Positions 11,344-22,281 are shown, counted from the stretch's first letter. The stretch: 64,000 bases of DNA from Nitrosopumilus sp. (GCA_965219345.1 OZ244732.1:96001-160000), one strand, 5' to 3'. Notes: a model not told the origin generated them from the letters alone. Made by a program: numbers and translations.

Positions 11344-12617
11344 TTTTTCACCGATTTTAATGCAGCATGATATGCGTCAAGTGTATTGTTTAGGTCATTT
11401 TCAGTGTGAGCATCAGATAGGAAAACAACTTCAAACTGAGAAGGTGCAATGAAGATTCCTTTTTTCAGTAAGGTTTTGAACATTTTTTGGAATTTCTTGG
11501 CGTCAGCATTTTTTGATGTCTTATAATCAATTACAGGCTTATTTGTAAAGAAAATCTGAAACATTGATGCTGCAGAATTGATTTGGTGAGGAATTCCCAT
11601 GTCTGTAGCCATATCATCAAGAGTTGTAGTGAATAATAGATTGAATCTTTCAAGTTTGGAATAAAGTCTATTTTTGATTTTGTTAATTGTCTTAATGGAA
11701 GCAATTGCAGCACTAACAGAGATAGGATTCCCAGCAAAAGTACTTGCTTGATAGACTTTGCCTCCTGGAGAGAGCAAATTCATAATCTCTTTTCTTCCAC
11801 CAACTGCAGATACCGTAAATCCGTTGCTTAGGGCTTTGGCAAGTGTGGTAATATCAGGCTTGATTCCAAAATGTTCCTGAGCACCGCCGGGTGCCACTCT
11901 AAATCCAGTTACTACTTCATCAAAAATTAACGGAATGTTATTTTCTTTAGTAATTTTTCTCAGATCATAAAGAAAGTTTTTTTCAGGCAAGATTAACCCC
12001 ATGTTAGCTAAGATTGGCTCAACAATAACTCCTGCAATGTCTTTGTTTTGTCTGATTGTTTTTTTAAAATCTTCAATATTGTTGTACTGAACAACTAGAG
12101 TATTTTTTGAAACTTCATCTAACCCACCATCAGAAACTGAAATTCCATTGTGTGCAGAACCAGAACCTGCTTTTGCCAAGACAGAGTCATGTGCACCATG
12201 ATAACATCCTTCAAATTTTATTATTTTTTTCTTTTTTGTAAATCCACGAGCTAGTCTGATTGCAGTCATTGTAGCTTCACCACCAGTATTTACTAATCTT
12301 ACTTTGTCAATGGATGGAAAATTTCCAATAATTAGTTTTGATAATTCAATTTCGGATTCAGTTGGAGTACAGTAAAGAGTTCCTTTTGAAAGTTGATTTG
12401 AAACAGATTTGATTATCTCTTGTCTTCTATGTCCTAAAAGTAATGCACCATAGCCATTACAAAAATCGATGTAGCGATTATTGTCTTCGTCCCAAATGTA
12501 TGCACCATTAGATTTTTTTGTAAAGAATGGATATGGTTCAAAATATCTAACAGGACTATTGACGCCTGATGGGATTATTTTTTTGGCATCATTGAATAAT
12601 TTCTTGGAGTTAGACAA
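11340..12617 (-). CDS. hemL: Glutamate-1-semialdehyde 2,1-aminomutase
   Basis: GVNSPVR, FEGCYHG, FDEVVTGFR, STFAGNP, PSQFE. Confidence 0.96.
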   Translation of the reverse strand: MSNSKKLFNDAKKIIPSGVNSPVRYFEPYPFFTKKSNGAYIWDEDNNRYIDFCNGYGALLLGHRRQEIIKSVSNQLSKGTLYCTPTESEIELSKLIIGNFPSIDKVRLVNTGGEATMTAIRLARGFTKKKKIIKFEGCYHGAHDSVLAKAGSGSAHNGISVSDGGLDEVSKNTLVVQYNNIEDFKKTIRQNKDIAGVIVEPILANMGLILPEKNFLYDLRKITKENNIPLIFDEVVTGFRVAPGGAQEHFGIKPDITTLAKALSNGFTVSAVGGRKEIMNLLSPGGKVYQASTFAGNPISVSAAIASIKTINKIKNRLYSKLERFNLLFTTTLDDMATDMGIPHQINSAASMFQIFFTNKPVIDYKTSKNADAKKFQKMFKTLLKKGIFIAPSQFEVVFLSDAHTENDLNNTLDAYHAALKSVKN

Positions 12618-12642
12618 TATTGAGCTGTATTATGGGTCATTA

Positions 12643-13326
12643 TTATTCGTAATTTGAGGCCCTTTGTGCATGGAATTTGTTACGAAAAAGAAATGCAGCA
12701 ATAATTGTTCCAACAAATGGTGCTGTCAAATATAGCCATAGATTATTTAGTTCCCCGGATAGCAATGCTGGTGCAAGTGCTCGGGCAGGATTCATTGATG
12801 CTCCCGAGATAAATGCCAGAAATAAAATATCCAAACCTACAATACCACCAATTGCAACACCGCTAAATCCTTTCAATCCTTTTGTATAAACAACATAAAA
12901 GATGACTCCCATAAGCATGGCGGAAGCTAATACTTCAACTGGAAATATTAGAAAAATTGAAAAATCATAGTTTGGGATATTTGCACCAAGATCTGCTTTT
13001 TCTCCAATAAAACTGAGAACAAAAAGCGAACCCAATAACGCACCAATTATCTCTGCTATAAAATAATATGCAACTTGAATTTTTGTAATGTGTCCTGTAA
13101 TGCAATAACCAATAGTTACAGCAGGATTGAAATGAGCGAATGATATTTTTCGAAAAGCATATACGGCAATAAGTAATGCAATAAAGGGTGCAAGAGCTGC
13201 AAACGGAATTCCTAACTTACCATCAAATACTTCAGCATCATAAACAATTGAACCAGTAGCAAAAACTACAAGAAGAAAAGTTCCAATTAACTCTACAATG
13301 AAAATTTGTAAATTTGAGTAAGACAT
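12643..13326 (-). CDS. Aquaporin (MIP family)
   Basis: Two NPA boxes (HFNPAVT, SMNPARA), six TM helices. Confidence 0.93.
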   Translation of the reverse strand: MSYSNLQIFIVELIGTFLLVVFATGSIVYDAEVFDGKLGIPFAALAPFIALLIAVYAFRKISFAHFNPAVTIGYCITGHITKIQVAYYFIAEIIGALLGSLFVLSFIGEKADLGANIPNYDFSIFLIFPVEVLASAMLMGVIFYVVYTKGLKGFSGVAIGGIVGLDILFLAFISGASMNPARALAPALLSGELNNLWLYLTAPFVGTIIAAFLFRNKFHAQRASNYE

Positions 13327-13352
13327 TAGTTATGCTCCGTTGATACTTGCTG

Positions 13353-13661
13353 TTAAAATTTTTCAGTTCTTACTACGCCAACATCGCTTACATAAAGTAC
13401 TATAGCAAAATTTGCAAACATTGTTCTTGAGATCTCCTCTACAACATCCGATAATTTGTCTTCTCTCATAATTACCTCAACTTTGACATTTTTTTCATTT
13501 TTAAAGCCTTGACCACGTAAACCACGTGCTCCATTTCCTTCTACTTCATAAGTTGTATATCCAGTAATTTCATGTTTTTTTAAAATTTCAATGATATTTT
13601 TTTGTGCAAGAATTTCGCAAGTGACAGTAAGTAATTTAACGTTATAGAATTTCATGTCCAA
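13353..13661 (-). CDS. sbtB: PII-like regulator SbtB
   Basis: GYTTYEVEGNGARG PII fold; overlaps the sbtA end. Confidence 0.85.
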   Translation of the reverse strand: MDMKFYNVKLLTVTCEILAQKNIIEILKKHEITGYTTYEVEGNGARGLRGQGFKNEKNVKVEVIMREDKLSDVVEEISRTMFANFAIVLYVSDVGVVRTEKF

Positions 13662-14737
13662 TCCTGTGTGATATAATTGAATAAGTCTATCGATCCTTCT
13701 ACATTATGTGCAATTGAAGAGACAACAAACATGATAGGCAGTAAGACGATAATGTTGTAAGGAAACGTAATTCCTAATGCAGATGTAATGTAAAGACTTG
13801 GTTTTGCCTCAGGCATTGCATGACGTAATATTGCGGGTGCCGCAATAAATGACGCACTAGCTAAAAGTAACCCAAACATTACTGCACCGCCCAAACTCAA
13901 TCCCATTGCAGTTGCAACTAAAACACCGATAACTCCATTAAATGTAGGCATGATTACAGCAAAAGCAATAAGAAAAATGCCAACTTTTTTGAGATCATCA
14001 AGTCTTTGGCCAGCAATAATTCCCATCTCAATCATAAAGATAACAATGGCTCCTGTGAACATCTCATCAAATACAATTTTGATTGAGGTGAACCCTTCCT
14101 CACCAATAATGTAACCTATGACAATACATCCAAGCAGAATAACTATTGCCTTACCAGTTATTGATTCATGTAATACCTGAGAAAGTTTTGTCTTGGTTTC
14201 TTGTATTCCCATTTCAATATCAGATACATCATCATTTGTGAAAGACTGTTTTTTTGTACGGATTTGTTTTGCAACTGCCATATTTGTCAAAAATATTGCC
14301 ATGATAAATGAGACGGGTTCTAAAACTGCTAAAATAGCTGCAAGATATCCCTCAGATGTAACGCCTTGATTCTTGAGAAAAGATAAACCAACAGAGAAAG
14401 TCACAGCTCCTACTGCACCATAAGTCGATGCTAGTGCATAAGAATCAAAGAGATTGAATTTTCCTAATCTTCGTAGAATTTGATAATGATTCAAAGTAAA
14501 CAAAAGGGAAATGCCAATTACAACTAACATTGGAATTAGCATGTTCTCAAATCCAGTATTTCTCATTTCTATTCCTCCATGAAGTCCAATTGCTGCAAGA
14601 AGGTAGATTGGCAAAAATTCTGAAATTGCTTCAGGAATTTTTAAATCAGATTTTATTCTAGCAGCGATAATTCCAAACAAAAAGAACAGAATTATCGGAG
14701 TAAGAAGGTTTGATTGTATTAATAGTAAAATATCCAT
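13652..14737 (-). CDS. sbtA: Sodium-dependent bicarbonate transporter SbtA family
   Basis: SDLKIP, YLLAAIGLHGG, YGAVGAVTF, SASFIAAP, LGITFPYNI. Confidence 0.9.
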   Translation of the reverse strand: MDILLLIQSNLLTPIILFFLFGIIAARIKSDLKIPEAISEFLPIYLLAAIGLHGGIEMRNTGFENMLIPMLVVIGISLLFTLNHYQILRRLGKFNLFDSYALASTYGAVGAVTFSVGLSFLKNQGVTSEGYLAAILAVLEPVSFIMAIFLTNMAVAKQIRTKKQSFTNDDVSDIEMGIQETKTKLSQVLHESITGKAIVILLGCIVIGYIIGEEGFTSIKIVFDEMFTGAIVIFMIEMGIIAGQRLDDLKKVGIFLIAFAVIMPTFNGVIGVLVATAMGLSLGGAVMFGLLLASASFIAAPAILRHAMPEAKPSLYITSALGITFPYNIIVLLPIMFVVSSIAHNVEGSIDLFNYITQDWT

Positions 14738-14772
14738 TTGAATATTTCAAAAAATTTGTGCTAGAATAAAAA

Positions 14773-15759
14773 TCAAACAAATAGATGAATTAAATAAGTA
14801 AATGCAATTCCTAGTGCAGCACTACCCGGGATGGTAATTAACCATGCAAAAACAATTTGTCGGCCTACCTTCCAACGTACAGCACGCGTTCTTCGTGCAG
14901 CACCAGATCCCATTATAGTGCCAGTAATGGCATGAGTAGTACTTGCAGGAATGCCCAAAGTAGCAAAAATTGCTAGCATCAGTCCGCCTCCAGTTTCTGC
15001 TGCAAATCCTTGATATGGTTTGAGTTTCGTGATTTTTACGCCAAGTGTTTTAATGACTTTGTACCCACCAAAGAAAGTACCCAATCCCATTGCAGCTGCG
15101 GCTGCAAAGATTACCCATAGAGGCATTTCAAGTTCAGGAATCATTCCAGCTGAAAACAAGATTAGGACGATAATTCCCATAGTTTTTTGTCCATCATTGG
15201 CTCCATGAGTTAGAGCAAACCAACCTGAAGAAATTATTTGCAATCTACCAAAAGTTTTGTTTACAATTGCAGGTCTACGATTAGCAAAAATAGTAATTAT
15301 TAATCCTGTAAGCAAGAAACCAAAAATTATTCCACCGATTGGAGCAATAACAATTCCTGCAAAAATTTTGCTCAGACCATCAAAAACTAATGTTTCAAAG
15401 CCTATCCCTGCGATACCTGCGCCCATTATTCCGCCAACTAATGAATGGCTGTTAGAAATTGGCAATCCAAAATATGTACATAGCACACTCCAGGTGATTG
15501 CACCTGCTAAACCTCCCACAATCATGTAAACTGTGATATCATCAGGACTCACAATGCCTTTTGCAATAGTTGTTGCCACTGCCACACCAAAAACAAAAGG
15601 CCCTACAAAATTTGCAATTGCAGATAAAGTTACGGCATGAAGTGGTTTTAGAACACGTGTTCCAATAACTGTAGCAATGGAATTTGCAGAATCATTAAAT
15701 CCATTTACAAAATCAAAGATTAATGCAACTATTATTGCTGCTATTGCTATTTCAAACAT
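14773..15759 (-). CDS. PiT-family inorganic phosphate transporter
   Basis: GFNDSAN and HGANDGQK PiT signatures. Confidence 0.93.
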   Translation of the reverse strand: MFEIAIAAIIVALIFDFVNGFNDSANSIATVIGTRVLKPLHAVTLSAIANFVGPFVFGVAVATTIAKGIVSPDDITVYMIVGGLAGAITWSVLCTYFGLPISNSHSLVGGIMGAGIAGIGFETLVFDGLSKIFAGIVIAPIGGIIFGFLLTGLIITIFANRRPAIVNKTFGRLQIISSGWFALTHGANDGQKTMGIIVLILFSAGMIPELEMPLWVIFAAAAAMGLGTFFGGYKVIKTLGVKITKLKPYQGFAAETGGGLMLAIFATLGIPASTTHAITGTIMGSGAARRTRAVRWKVGRQIVFAWLITIPGSAALGIAFTYLIHLFV

Positions 15760-15768
15760 AGAACCATC

Positions 15769-16404
15769 TTAAGTATATTTTAGAACAATATCTTCAATGA
15801 CATCTGCAACATCTACACACCTATCTGATGCAGTTTCCATGGTTTCATAGATATCTTTTAGTTTAATGATTTGGATTGCATCATCAGTCTCAAATAGTTC
15901 TTTGATAGCTTCTCTATACAGATCATCGACAACATGTTCGATGTTACTAGTATTTCTACAGTGAGTAATCATATCTTTAGTATTTTTGATGTGCTGTAAT
16001 TTTGAAACCATATATTCTACTTCTTTTGTAGCTTTGACAAGTTCCTGAGCCATTTGTTCACAGTATGGTGGAGGAGTAGTGATTTTGTAGCTGTATACCC
16101 TTGCAGCAATACCATCCATAAAATCAATTACATCATCTATTTTTGATGCAATTCTTTGCATGTCCTCACGATCTAAAGGAGTGATGAAAGTCTTGTTTAG
16201 TTCTGTAAAGATATCACGGGTTAAAACATCTGCTTCAGTTTCAAGTTTATGAATTTTTTTTCCTTGTTCAATGTTATTGAGATCTGAGAATAAAACTACT
16301 ACAGCTTCAGAGGTTTCAACTGCTTTTTTTGCTAAATTATCAAGAATTGTTAAGAGTTCTTTTTCATTAGATTTGATCCATGATAGCCACATTCCCATGA
16401 TCAC
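15769..16404 (-). CDS. DUF47/PhoU-like phosphate transport regulator
   Basis: LNKTFITPLDREDM, E...D..EDVAD; adjacent to PiT. Confidence 0.9.
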   Translation of the reverse strand: MIMGMWLSWIKSNEKELLTILDNLAKKAVETSEAVVVLFSDLNNIEQGKKIHKLETEADVLTRDIFTELNKTFITPLDREDMQRIASKIDDVIDFMDGIAARVYSYKITTPPPYCEQMAQELVKATKEVEYMVSKLQHIKNTKDMITHCRNTSNIEHVVDDLYREAIKELFETDDAIQIIKLKDIYETMETASDRCVDVADVIEDIVLKYT

Positions 16405-16477
16405 TCAAATGCAGATTTTGAATTAAGATTAGTGAACATAAAGTCTATTGTACTATATAGAAAGAATCAACTTTCAA

Positions 16478-17263
16478 TCAGAATGGCCTGTTTACTTCAC
16501 GTGTAAACACATAGCTTGCAAGACCAGCCATCACAAATACAAATGCAAAGAGGACAATAAGGCTAAGTAGAATTGGAATTCCACCTTCAGATACGCCTGT
16601 CATCATTTCCCTTACTAGTAAAATGGTATAGGTAACAGGGTTTAGTTTTGCAATTATAGCAAGCCAGTCTGGTAGTAATTCCAAAGGGAACAATGCAGGA
16701 CTAATCATGAATAGCGGCATTCCAAGAAAATTAATCACGCCCCAAAAGGTTTCTTGAGATTTTGCAGTGGCTGCAACCATAACAGAAATTCCTGAGAATC
16801 CCAGCGAAAACAAAATTACAATTCCCATGATTGGAATAATCATGATAGGATTAGGAAAATTAACTCCAATTGCCAGAGCAATTCCAATAATCAAACTAGC
16901 TTGCAAAGCTGAAATCAAAGAAATTGCAGACATCTTACCCAGAGCAATTGCAGAACGAGAAATTGGCGAAGTCAATGCCTTGTTCATAAAACCATATCGT
17001 CTATCCCATAAAGTATTGACACCTCCAAAGATACTGGTAAAAATTGCGGTAAGAATAATGACTCCAGGTGTCATAAACTCAATATATTCTCCTTGAAAAC
17101 CAACGGACTGAATTAGTGGTTGAGTTCCCGAAAAAGTATTTCCAACTACGATAATCCAAATTGCAGGTTGAATTAATCTAATTAAAACACCACTTCTGGA
17201 TTTTTTGTATCTCTTTAACTCCCTCCAAAAAATTGTATAAGTATCATACATCAAGGTATTCAT
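16478..17263 (-). CDS. ABC-2 type transporter permease
   Basis: PG..ILT, DRRYG, SPISR, FPL..LP.WL...NP. Confidence 0.9.
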   Translation of the reverse strand: MNTLMYDTYTIFWRELKRYKKSRSGVLIRLIQPAIWIIVVGNTFSGTQPLIQSVGFQGEYIEFMTPGVIILTAIFTSIFGGVNTLWDRRYGFMNKALTSPISRSAIALGKMSAISLISALQASLIIGIALAIGVNFPNPIMIIPIMGIVILFSLGFSGISVMVAATAKSQETFWGVINFLGMPLFMISPALFPLELLPDWLAIIAKLNPVTYTILLVREMMTGVSEGGIPILLSLIVLFAFVFVMAGLASYVFTREVNRPF

Positions 17264-18273
17264 GCCCGTAGCCTCTTCATTTTTGCATGCTCACGTTTCT
17301 GATTGAACTTGGAATCATCATCCCTAATTTCGTGTCCAGTGTAAGAGATGAACACATCATCAAGGGTTGGTTGAGTAAGAGAGATAGAACTAATTTTGAT
17401 GTTAAGTTTTGATGAAATCTGGAAAATTTTTGGAATTACTTCTGTTCCATTTGATGCAAAAAGGGTTAGTTTAGACCCATCTTTGTTGATCTTGTTCACA
17501 AATTCAATTTTTTCAAGCTCAGATAAGAAGGAATCACGGTTTTCTCCTTCCTCAAATATGATTGAAATGACTTCGTTTCCCATTGCTTTTTTCATGTTTT
17601 CTGGAGAATCAATCACCTGAATTTTCCCACCATCAATTATTCCAACTCTGTCGCATAGTTGATCTGCCTCTTCCATATAGTGAGTTGTTAGAAATATTGT
17701 CATCTCAAACTCATCATGAATTTTTTTGATATATTGCCAAATCTTTCTACGGGTTTGAATATCTAATCCAACAGTAGGCTCGTCAAGGAACAATACCTTT
17801 GGCCTATGCAAAAGACCACCTGCAATATCTAATCTCTTCCTCATACCGCCAGAATATGTAACAACTGTCTTGTCTTGCTTTTCAGCAAGTTCGATTAGAG
17901 CCAAAATTTCATCAATTCTTTTGTCAATTTTGTCTTTTGGGATGTGATTGAGCTTTGCTTGCAGCAGAAGATTTTCTCTTCCAGTTAGATACTCATCAAC
18001 AGTTGTTTCTTGTTGGACATATCCAATATTTTGTCTGACTTGTTTAGCATTTGTCGCTACATCAAACCCAGAAATCAAAGCTTGTCCAGATGTTGGCTTC
18101 AATAATGTAGAAAGAATCATTATCGTAGTACTTTTTCCAGCCCCGTTAGGTCCCAAAAATCCAAAGATCTCTCCATTTTTGACTGAAAGAGAAATGTCGT
18201 TAACAGCAATTACATCTCCAAATGACTTTGTGAGGGATTTTGTTTCTATTGAGTACAATGCGTTTGATCGCAT
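17260..18273 (-). CDS. ABC transporter ATP-binding protein (DrrA-like)
   Basis: GPNGAGKS, YSGGM, FLDEPT, TTHYMEEA. Confidence 0.94.
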   Translation of the reverse strand: MRSNALYSIETKSLTKSFGDVIAVNDISLSVKNGEIFGFLGPNGAGKSTTIMILSTLLKPTSGQALISGFDVATNAKQVRQNIGYVQQETTVDEYLTGRENLLLQAKLNHIPKDKIDKRIDEILALIELAEKQDKTVVTYSGGMRKRLDIAGGLLHRPKVLFLDEPTVGLDIQTRRKIWQYIKKIHDEFEMTIFLTTHYMEEADQLCDRVGIIDGGKIQVIDSPENMKKAMGNEVISIIFEEGENRDSFLSELEKIEFVNKINKDGSKLTLFASNGTEVIPKIFQISSKLNIKISSISLTQPTLDDVFISYTGHEIRDDDSKFNQKREHAKMKRLRA

Positions 18274-18351
18274 TTTTCAATTATAAATTGCTAAGTATTG
18301 ATTCAGTCGATCCTCACAAAAAATTTAAAGAGTGATTTGAGAATTTACTTT

Positions 18352-18450
18352 ATGAAAGGACTTTGTCATAAATGTCAGTCATCAAATGTAGAAATAACAG
18401 TTCAAGAAGGAATTCCCGTTTGTTCAGTGTGTAATGATAAAACAGATTAA
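18352..18450 (+). CDS. Putative 32-aa zinc-ribbon microprotein (not in ORF track)
   Basis: MKGLCHKCQSSNVEITVQEGIPVCSVCNDKTD*; paired CxxC, fills an intergenic gap. Confidence 0.5.
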   Translation: MKGLCHKCQSSNVEITVQEGIPVCSVCNDKTD

Positions 18451-18489
18451 TCAAAAAGTGTTATTTTGAAAAAAGAAGTGTGAAAGAGA

Positions 18490-18942
18490 TCATTCAAGAT
18501 TCTTGAATTCTTCTTTGGTCATTCTTAAAATGACTTTTTCTCCTACTCCCCAAATTTCTGATTTGGATAGAATCTTAGAACGTACCAAACCATATCTTAT
18601 TTCTATTGATTCTAATTCGTTGATATCAGGATGTTTATGCAATAGCTTTACTTTGCCAATTTTATGACCGTCAATATCAACAACTGGTATTCCTGTTCTA
18701 ACAGGTGGTCGGCTAAGAAGCAGCATTTCCTTGGAAAATTTGTCTATATAATCGTCGGAAAGAAAATAGTCTTTGTTGAATCCTTGATGGATTGTCACGC
18801 CAGATACGGTAAGTGTATCTTGGTTGATGTGTATGTGTTTGACTTTACCATATTCAATTCCCTCTCTATCTATGACTTTTTTTCCAGTAAAGGAATCTGC
18901 AGTAACTAATTTGCCAGACATTCCTTCTAGTTTTACAGACAT
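18490..18942 (-). CDS. Tandem PRC-barrel protein
   Basis: Two G..V.D..G..G.V repeats. Confidence 0.85.
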   Translation of the reverse strand: MSVKLEGMSGKLVTADSFTGKKVIDREGIEYGKVKHIHINQDTLTVSGVTIHQGFNKDYFLSDDYIDKFSKEMLLLSRPPVRTGIPVVDIDGHKIGKVKLLHKHPDINELESIEIRYGLVRSKILSKSEIWGVGEKVILRMTKEEFKNLE

Positions 18943-19030
18943 AATCTCAAATGATCATATTTGCTTATCATACCAGATATCAGAAATTCCTATCAATGAG
19001 GTTAAATTACTTGACAGAAAAAAATTATGC

Positions 19031-19354
19031 ATGGAAATAAAAGAAGATTTGTTCCGACCAATCCTCACCACAAAGGGCAGAAAGACAGGAAAACAGCATT
19101 CCGTGATGCTCCGTGCAGTCAACTATAAAGGAAAAATATATTTTTCCAGACACAAACCAGATGGAGACTGGTTCAAAAATGCCTTGACAAATTCTGAAGT
19201 AGAAATTGAATACAATAATTTTGTTTTTTCAGGAAAGGCAAAATTAGTAACAGATGAAGAATTGAGTAAAATAATTTCCCAGTTAAAATATCCTGGAGAA
19301 GAAAAAGCAAATGAAGAGAGAGTAACAATTGAAGTCACGCTTAATTCTAAATAA
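19031..19354 (+). CDS. Split beta-barrel F420/FMN-binding (deazaflavin-dependent nitroreductase-like) protein
   Basis: LTTKGRKTGK...DWFKNA; start reassigned to ATG 19031 to avoid overlap with the PRC gene. Confidence 0.8.
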   Translation: MEIKEDLFRPILTTKGRKTGKQHSVMLRAVNYKGKIYFSRHKPDGDWFKNALTNSEVEIEYNNFVFSGKAKLVTDEELSKIISQLKYPGEEKANEERVTIEVTLNSK

Positions 19355-19430
19355 GTTATTCTGAACAATATTTTTTCAGTGATTTCTTAGTAAACACTAA
19401 ATTCCAGCTACTAAAAAAGGATAGGGAGAA

Positions 19431-21635
19431 ATGAATTCAAAAATAATAATTCCAATTGCGGTTGTCATTTCAGCAATAGTTACAGCAGGAATAATGTATG
19501 GTATTGGTTTTGATCAACAAACTCAAGTTTCACAAATATCAACACCTGAAATAATCCATGTTGATAAATCAGTATCAGAATATTTTGAAGGAACGCATGA
19601 TATCAAAAAAATATCTTCACAAGAAGAGTTAGAGGAAATTCTTGAAGCATCTACATTGTTTGGAGGAGGCTTCTATGACAATAGAATTCTCACAAGGAAC
19701 ATGGCAGTTGATGAAGCAGTGATGTTTGAAACCGCCTCATCTGACGGTGTGTCAGTTCCTTCAGTAGCTAAAACAGAGTCTGGAGGTTCAGACTATTCAA
19801 CAACAAATGTTCAAGTTGCAAATGTTGATGAGCCAGACTATCTCAAAAATGATTCAAAATATGTCTACATTGTATCTAGAAATACACTTTCAATAATTGA
19901 TGCATACCCAGCAGAGTCTGCTAAATTAATTCTCAAAATTGCTCTGGATATTGAGTCACAATATATCCAAAATATGTTCCTAAATGAAGATAGATTAGTG
20001 ATATTTTATAATGGACAAAGCGACGATGAAATAATCCCACAGTTTGACTTTGTTCCACGTCATTCTTACAGTTCAGTTACACATGCATTAATTATTGATG
20101 TCTCGGATAAAGAAAATCCAAACATTCTCAAAGATTATTCCATTGATGGTCATTTTAAAGATGCACGAATGATTGGGAATTATGCATATTTCGTAACTAA
20201 TAGTAATATTGATCATCAGTATCCAAGACTTCCAATAATTTTGGAGAGTTCGGTCAGAATTATGACTCCTGATGCGTTTTATTTTGATAATGTAGAACAG
20301 TTTTCAAACTTTAACACACTTACTGCAATTGACATATTTGGGGACACAATAAATTCAGAGACATTCCTTATGGGGCATACCGGAGCATTCTATGTATCTG
20401 AAGACAACTTTTACTTGACTTACCAACAAAATATGCCATTTGGATTTTACGAGAATTCATCACGAGACAGATTCTTTGATGTTATATTACCACTATTACC
20501 AAAAAATATTCAAGATGAAATTAAAGCAATTCAAAATGATTCTTCAATGAATTCATCTACAAACTGGATAAAAATTTCAGAATTAATGCAAAAGTCATAC
20601 AATGAGATGAACAAGAATGACAAAGAAGAACTATTTGAAAAAATTAGAGAAGCATTAAACGAATATGACACAAAGATCCAAGAAGAGACAAGAAAAACAA
20701 TAATTCATAAAATATCAATTGACGAGGATAAAATAGAATATGTTGCAAAAGGTTCAGTTCCAGGCAGTCTGCTTAATCAATTTTCCATGGATGAAAGCGG
20801 GGATAGGTTTAGAGTTGCAACAACAACTGAAATTTATACGCAATACGAAGGAGCAATACGCTCAAACGCAGTTTATGTCTTAGATGAACAGCTTAACATC
20901 GTAGGAGAATTAGACCAAATTGCACCTGATGAGAGTATTTTTTCTGCTAGATTCATTGAGGACAGACTTTACTTGGTAACATTTCAACAAATTGACCCAT
21001 TCTTTGTAATTGACCTATCCACTGATACTCCAAAGATTCTAGGAGAGTTGAAAATTCCAGGATTTTCAAACTATTTGCATCCATATGATAAAGAACACGT
21101 TATTGGGATTGGCAGAGACACAAAAGAGATAGGAGAAGGAAGAGTTCAGCAATTAGGAGTCAAGATTGCACTATTCAATGTTGCAGATGTCAGCAATCCA
21201 AAAGTCGTGGATGACACAATCATAGGAGACAGTTCGACACATTCAGAGTCGCTGTATAACCACAAGGCATTCTTCTTTGATAAAACAAAAGGAGTTCTCT
21301 CAATACCAATTAGTGGAGATGTAGATAGTCTGAATGGAATTTCAAGTTCCAAGATGTTTGCACCAGATTATAACCGCTGGAGTGGATTCTATGTGTTTGA
21401 TTTGGACAGTTTAGATGGATTTGATATTAAAGGAACAGTAACCCATTCTGCGGATGACTCGCGTTATTATGGAATGGGAAGTGCAAGAACATTCCATATT
21501 GATGATGTCTTGTATACTGCATCTGACGGATATCTAAAGATGAATTTCTTCAACAACCTAGAAGAAATCAATTCAATAAAACTGGAAAACACTGGAAAAT
21601 TTATCGAGTATCTTGAAGAAGAGATTATTCGTTAA
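19431..21635 (+). CDS. Secreted beta-propeller domain protein
   Basis: N-terminal TM; YSTTNVQV..VDEPD, NQFSMDE, GELKIPGFS.YLHP. Confidence 0.88.
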   Translation: MNSKIIIPIAVVISAIVTAGIMYGIGFDQQTQVSQISTPEIIHVDKSVSEYFEGTHDIKKISSQEELEEILEASTLFGGGFYDNRILTRNMAVDEAVMFETASSDGVSVPSVAKTESGGSDYSTTNVQVANVDEPDYLKNDSKYVYIVSRNTLSIIDAYPAESAKLILKIALDIESQYIQNMFLNEDRLVIFYNGQSDDEIIPQFDFVPRHSYSSVTHALIIDVSDKENPNILKDYSIDGHFKDARMIGNYAYFVTNSNIDHQYPRLPIILESSVRIMTPDAFYFDNVEQFSNFNTLTAIDIFGDTINSETFLMGHTGAFYVSEDNFYLTYQQNMPFGFYENSSRDRFFDVILPLLPKNIQDEIKAIQNDSSMNSSTNWIKISELMQKSYNEMNKNDKEELFEKIREALNEYDTKIQEETRKTIIHKISIDEDKIEYVAKGSVPGSLLNQFSMDESGDRFRVATTTEIYTQYEGAIRSNAVYVLDEQLNIVGELDQIAPDESIFSARFIEDRLYLVTFQQIDPFFVIDLSTDTPKILGELKIPGFSNYLHPYDKEHVIGIGRDTKEIGEGRVQQLGVKIALFNVADVSNPKVVDDTIIGDSSTHSESLYNHKAFFFDKTKGVLSIPISGDVDSLNGISSSKMFAPDYNRWSGFYVFDLDSLDGFDIKGTVTHSADDSRYYGMGSARTFHIDDVLYTASDGYLKMNFFNNLEEINSIKLENTGKFIEYLEEEIIR

Positions 21636-21636
21636 G

Positions 21637-22281
21637 TCATACTAGATGAACTATTGTTGTAAGTCCTCTTCTGTCAAATTCAACATCGTTCTCAACCTCA
21701 CTAACAGTCACTGTAAATGATATAACATCGCGTTGTTTGGCATTTTCTGCATGAAGTTTCAGATGTAAATCCATCATTTCGAATTCTTCAGTCGGTAAAT
21801 TAGTTTCATCAAAGTACGCCCCACAAGTGGATTCTATTCTAAATCTATCATGCTTAAAATGAAACCCAAGTTTCGTCTTTCTTCCCTTTCTTCCACTTGC
21901 TTTAACAACAACATCAATGATTCCGGGTTTTGTCTCAGTATAGCTAGATTTGTGATTTATAAAAACCCCAATCTCAAGAGGTTTGCCTGCAGTTGATTCT
22001 GCCATCTTTTGGATTCCATCGTTCATAACAATATCAACTGCTTTGATAGATTGAGCAACCTTTGCAATCCATTCATTTGTTCTTGTAATGGTTGCATGAA
22101 TTTCTGCACGCCTTCTTTTATCGTCATCCTCAGGTAATTTGTAATAATCAATCCATTCTTCGTAGTTATGAGAAATATCTTCGATGAAATCCATGCAAGT
22201 TCGTCTGTATTCATCAACATTATCAGTTCTCTCTGATGCATCATCAGTTCTAATACCGTCATAATCTTGTGGCATTGCCAT
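21637..22281 (-). CDS. Conserved hypothetical protein
   Basis: 214-aa ORF with core-like composition. Confidence 0.7.
   Translation of the reverse strand: MAMPQDYDGIRTDDASERTDNVDEYRRTCMDFIEDISHNYEEWIDYYKLPEDDDKRRRAEIHATITRTNEWIAKVAQSIKAVDIVMNDGIQKMAESTAGKPLEIGVFINHKSSYTETKPGIIDVVVKASGRKGRKTKLGFHFKHDRFRIESTCGAYFDETNLPTEEFEMMDLHLKLHAENAKQRDVISFTVTVSEVENDVEFDRRGLTTIVHLV

Noticed and set aside
18824-19030. N-terminal extension of the nitroreductase-like ORF
   Set aside because: Overlaps the PRC-barrel gene on the other strand; family-like sequence starts at 19031.
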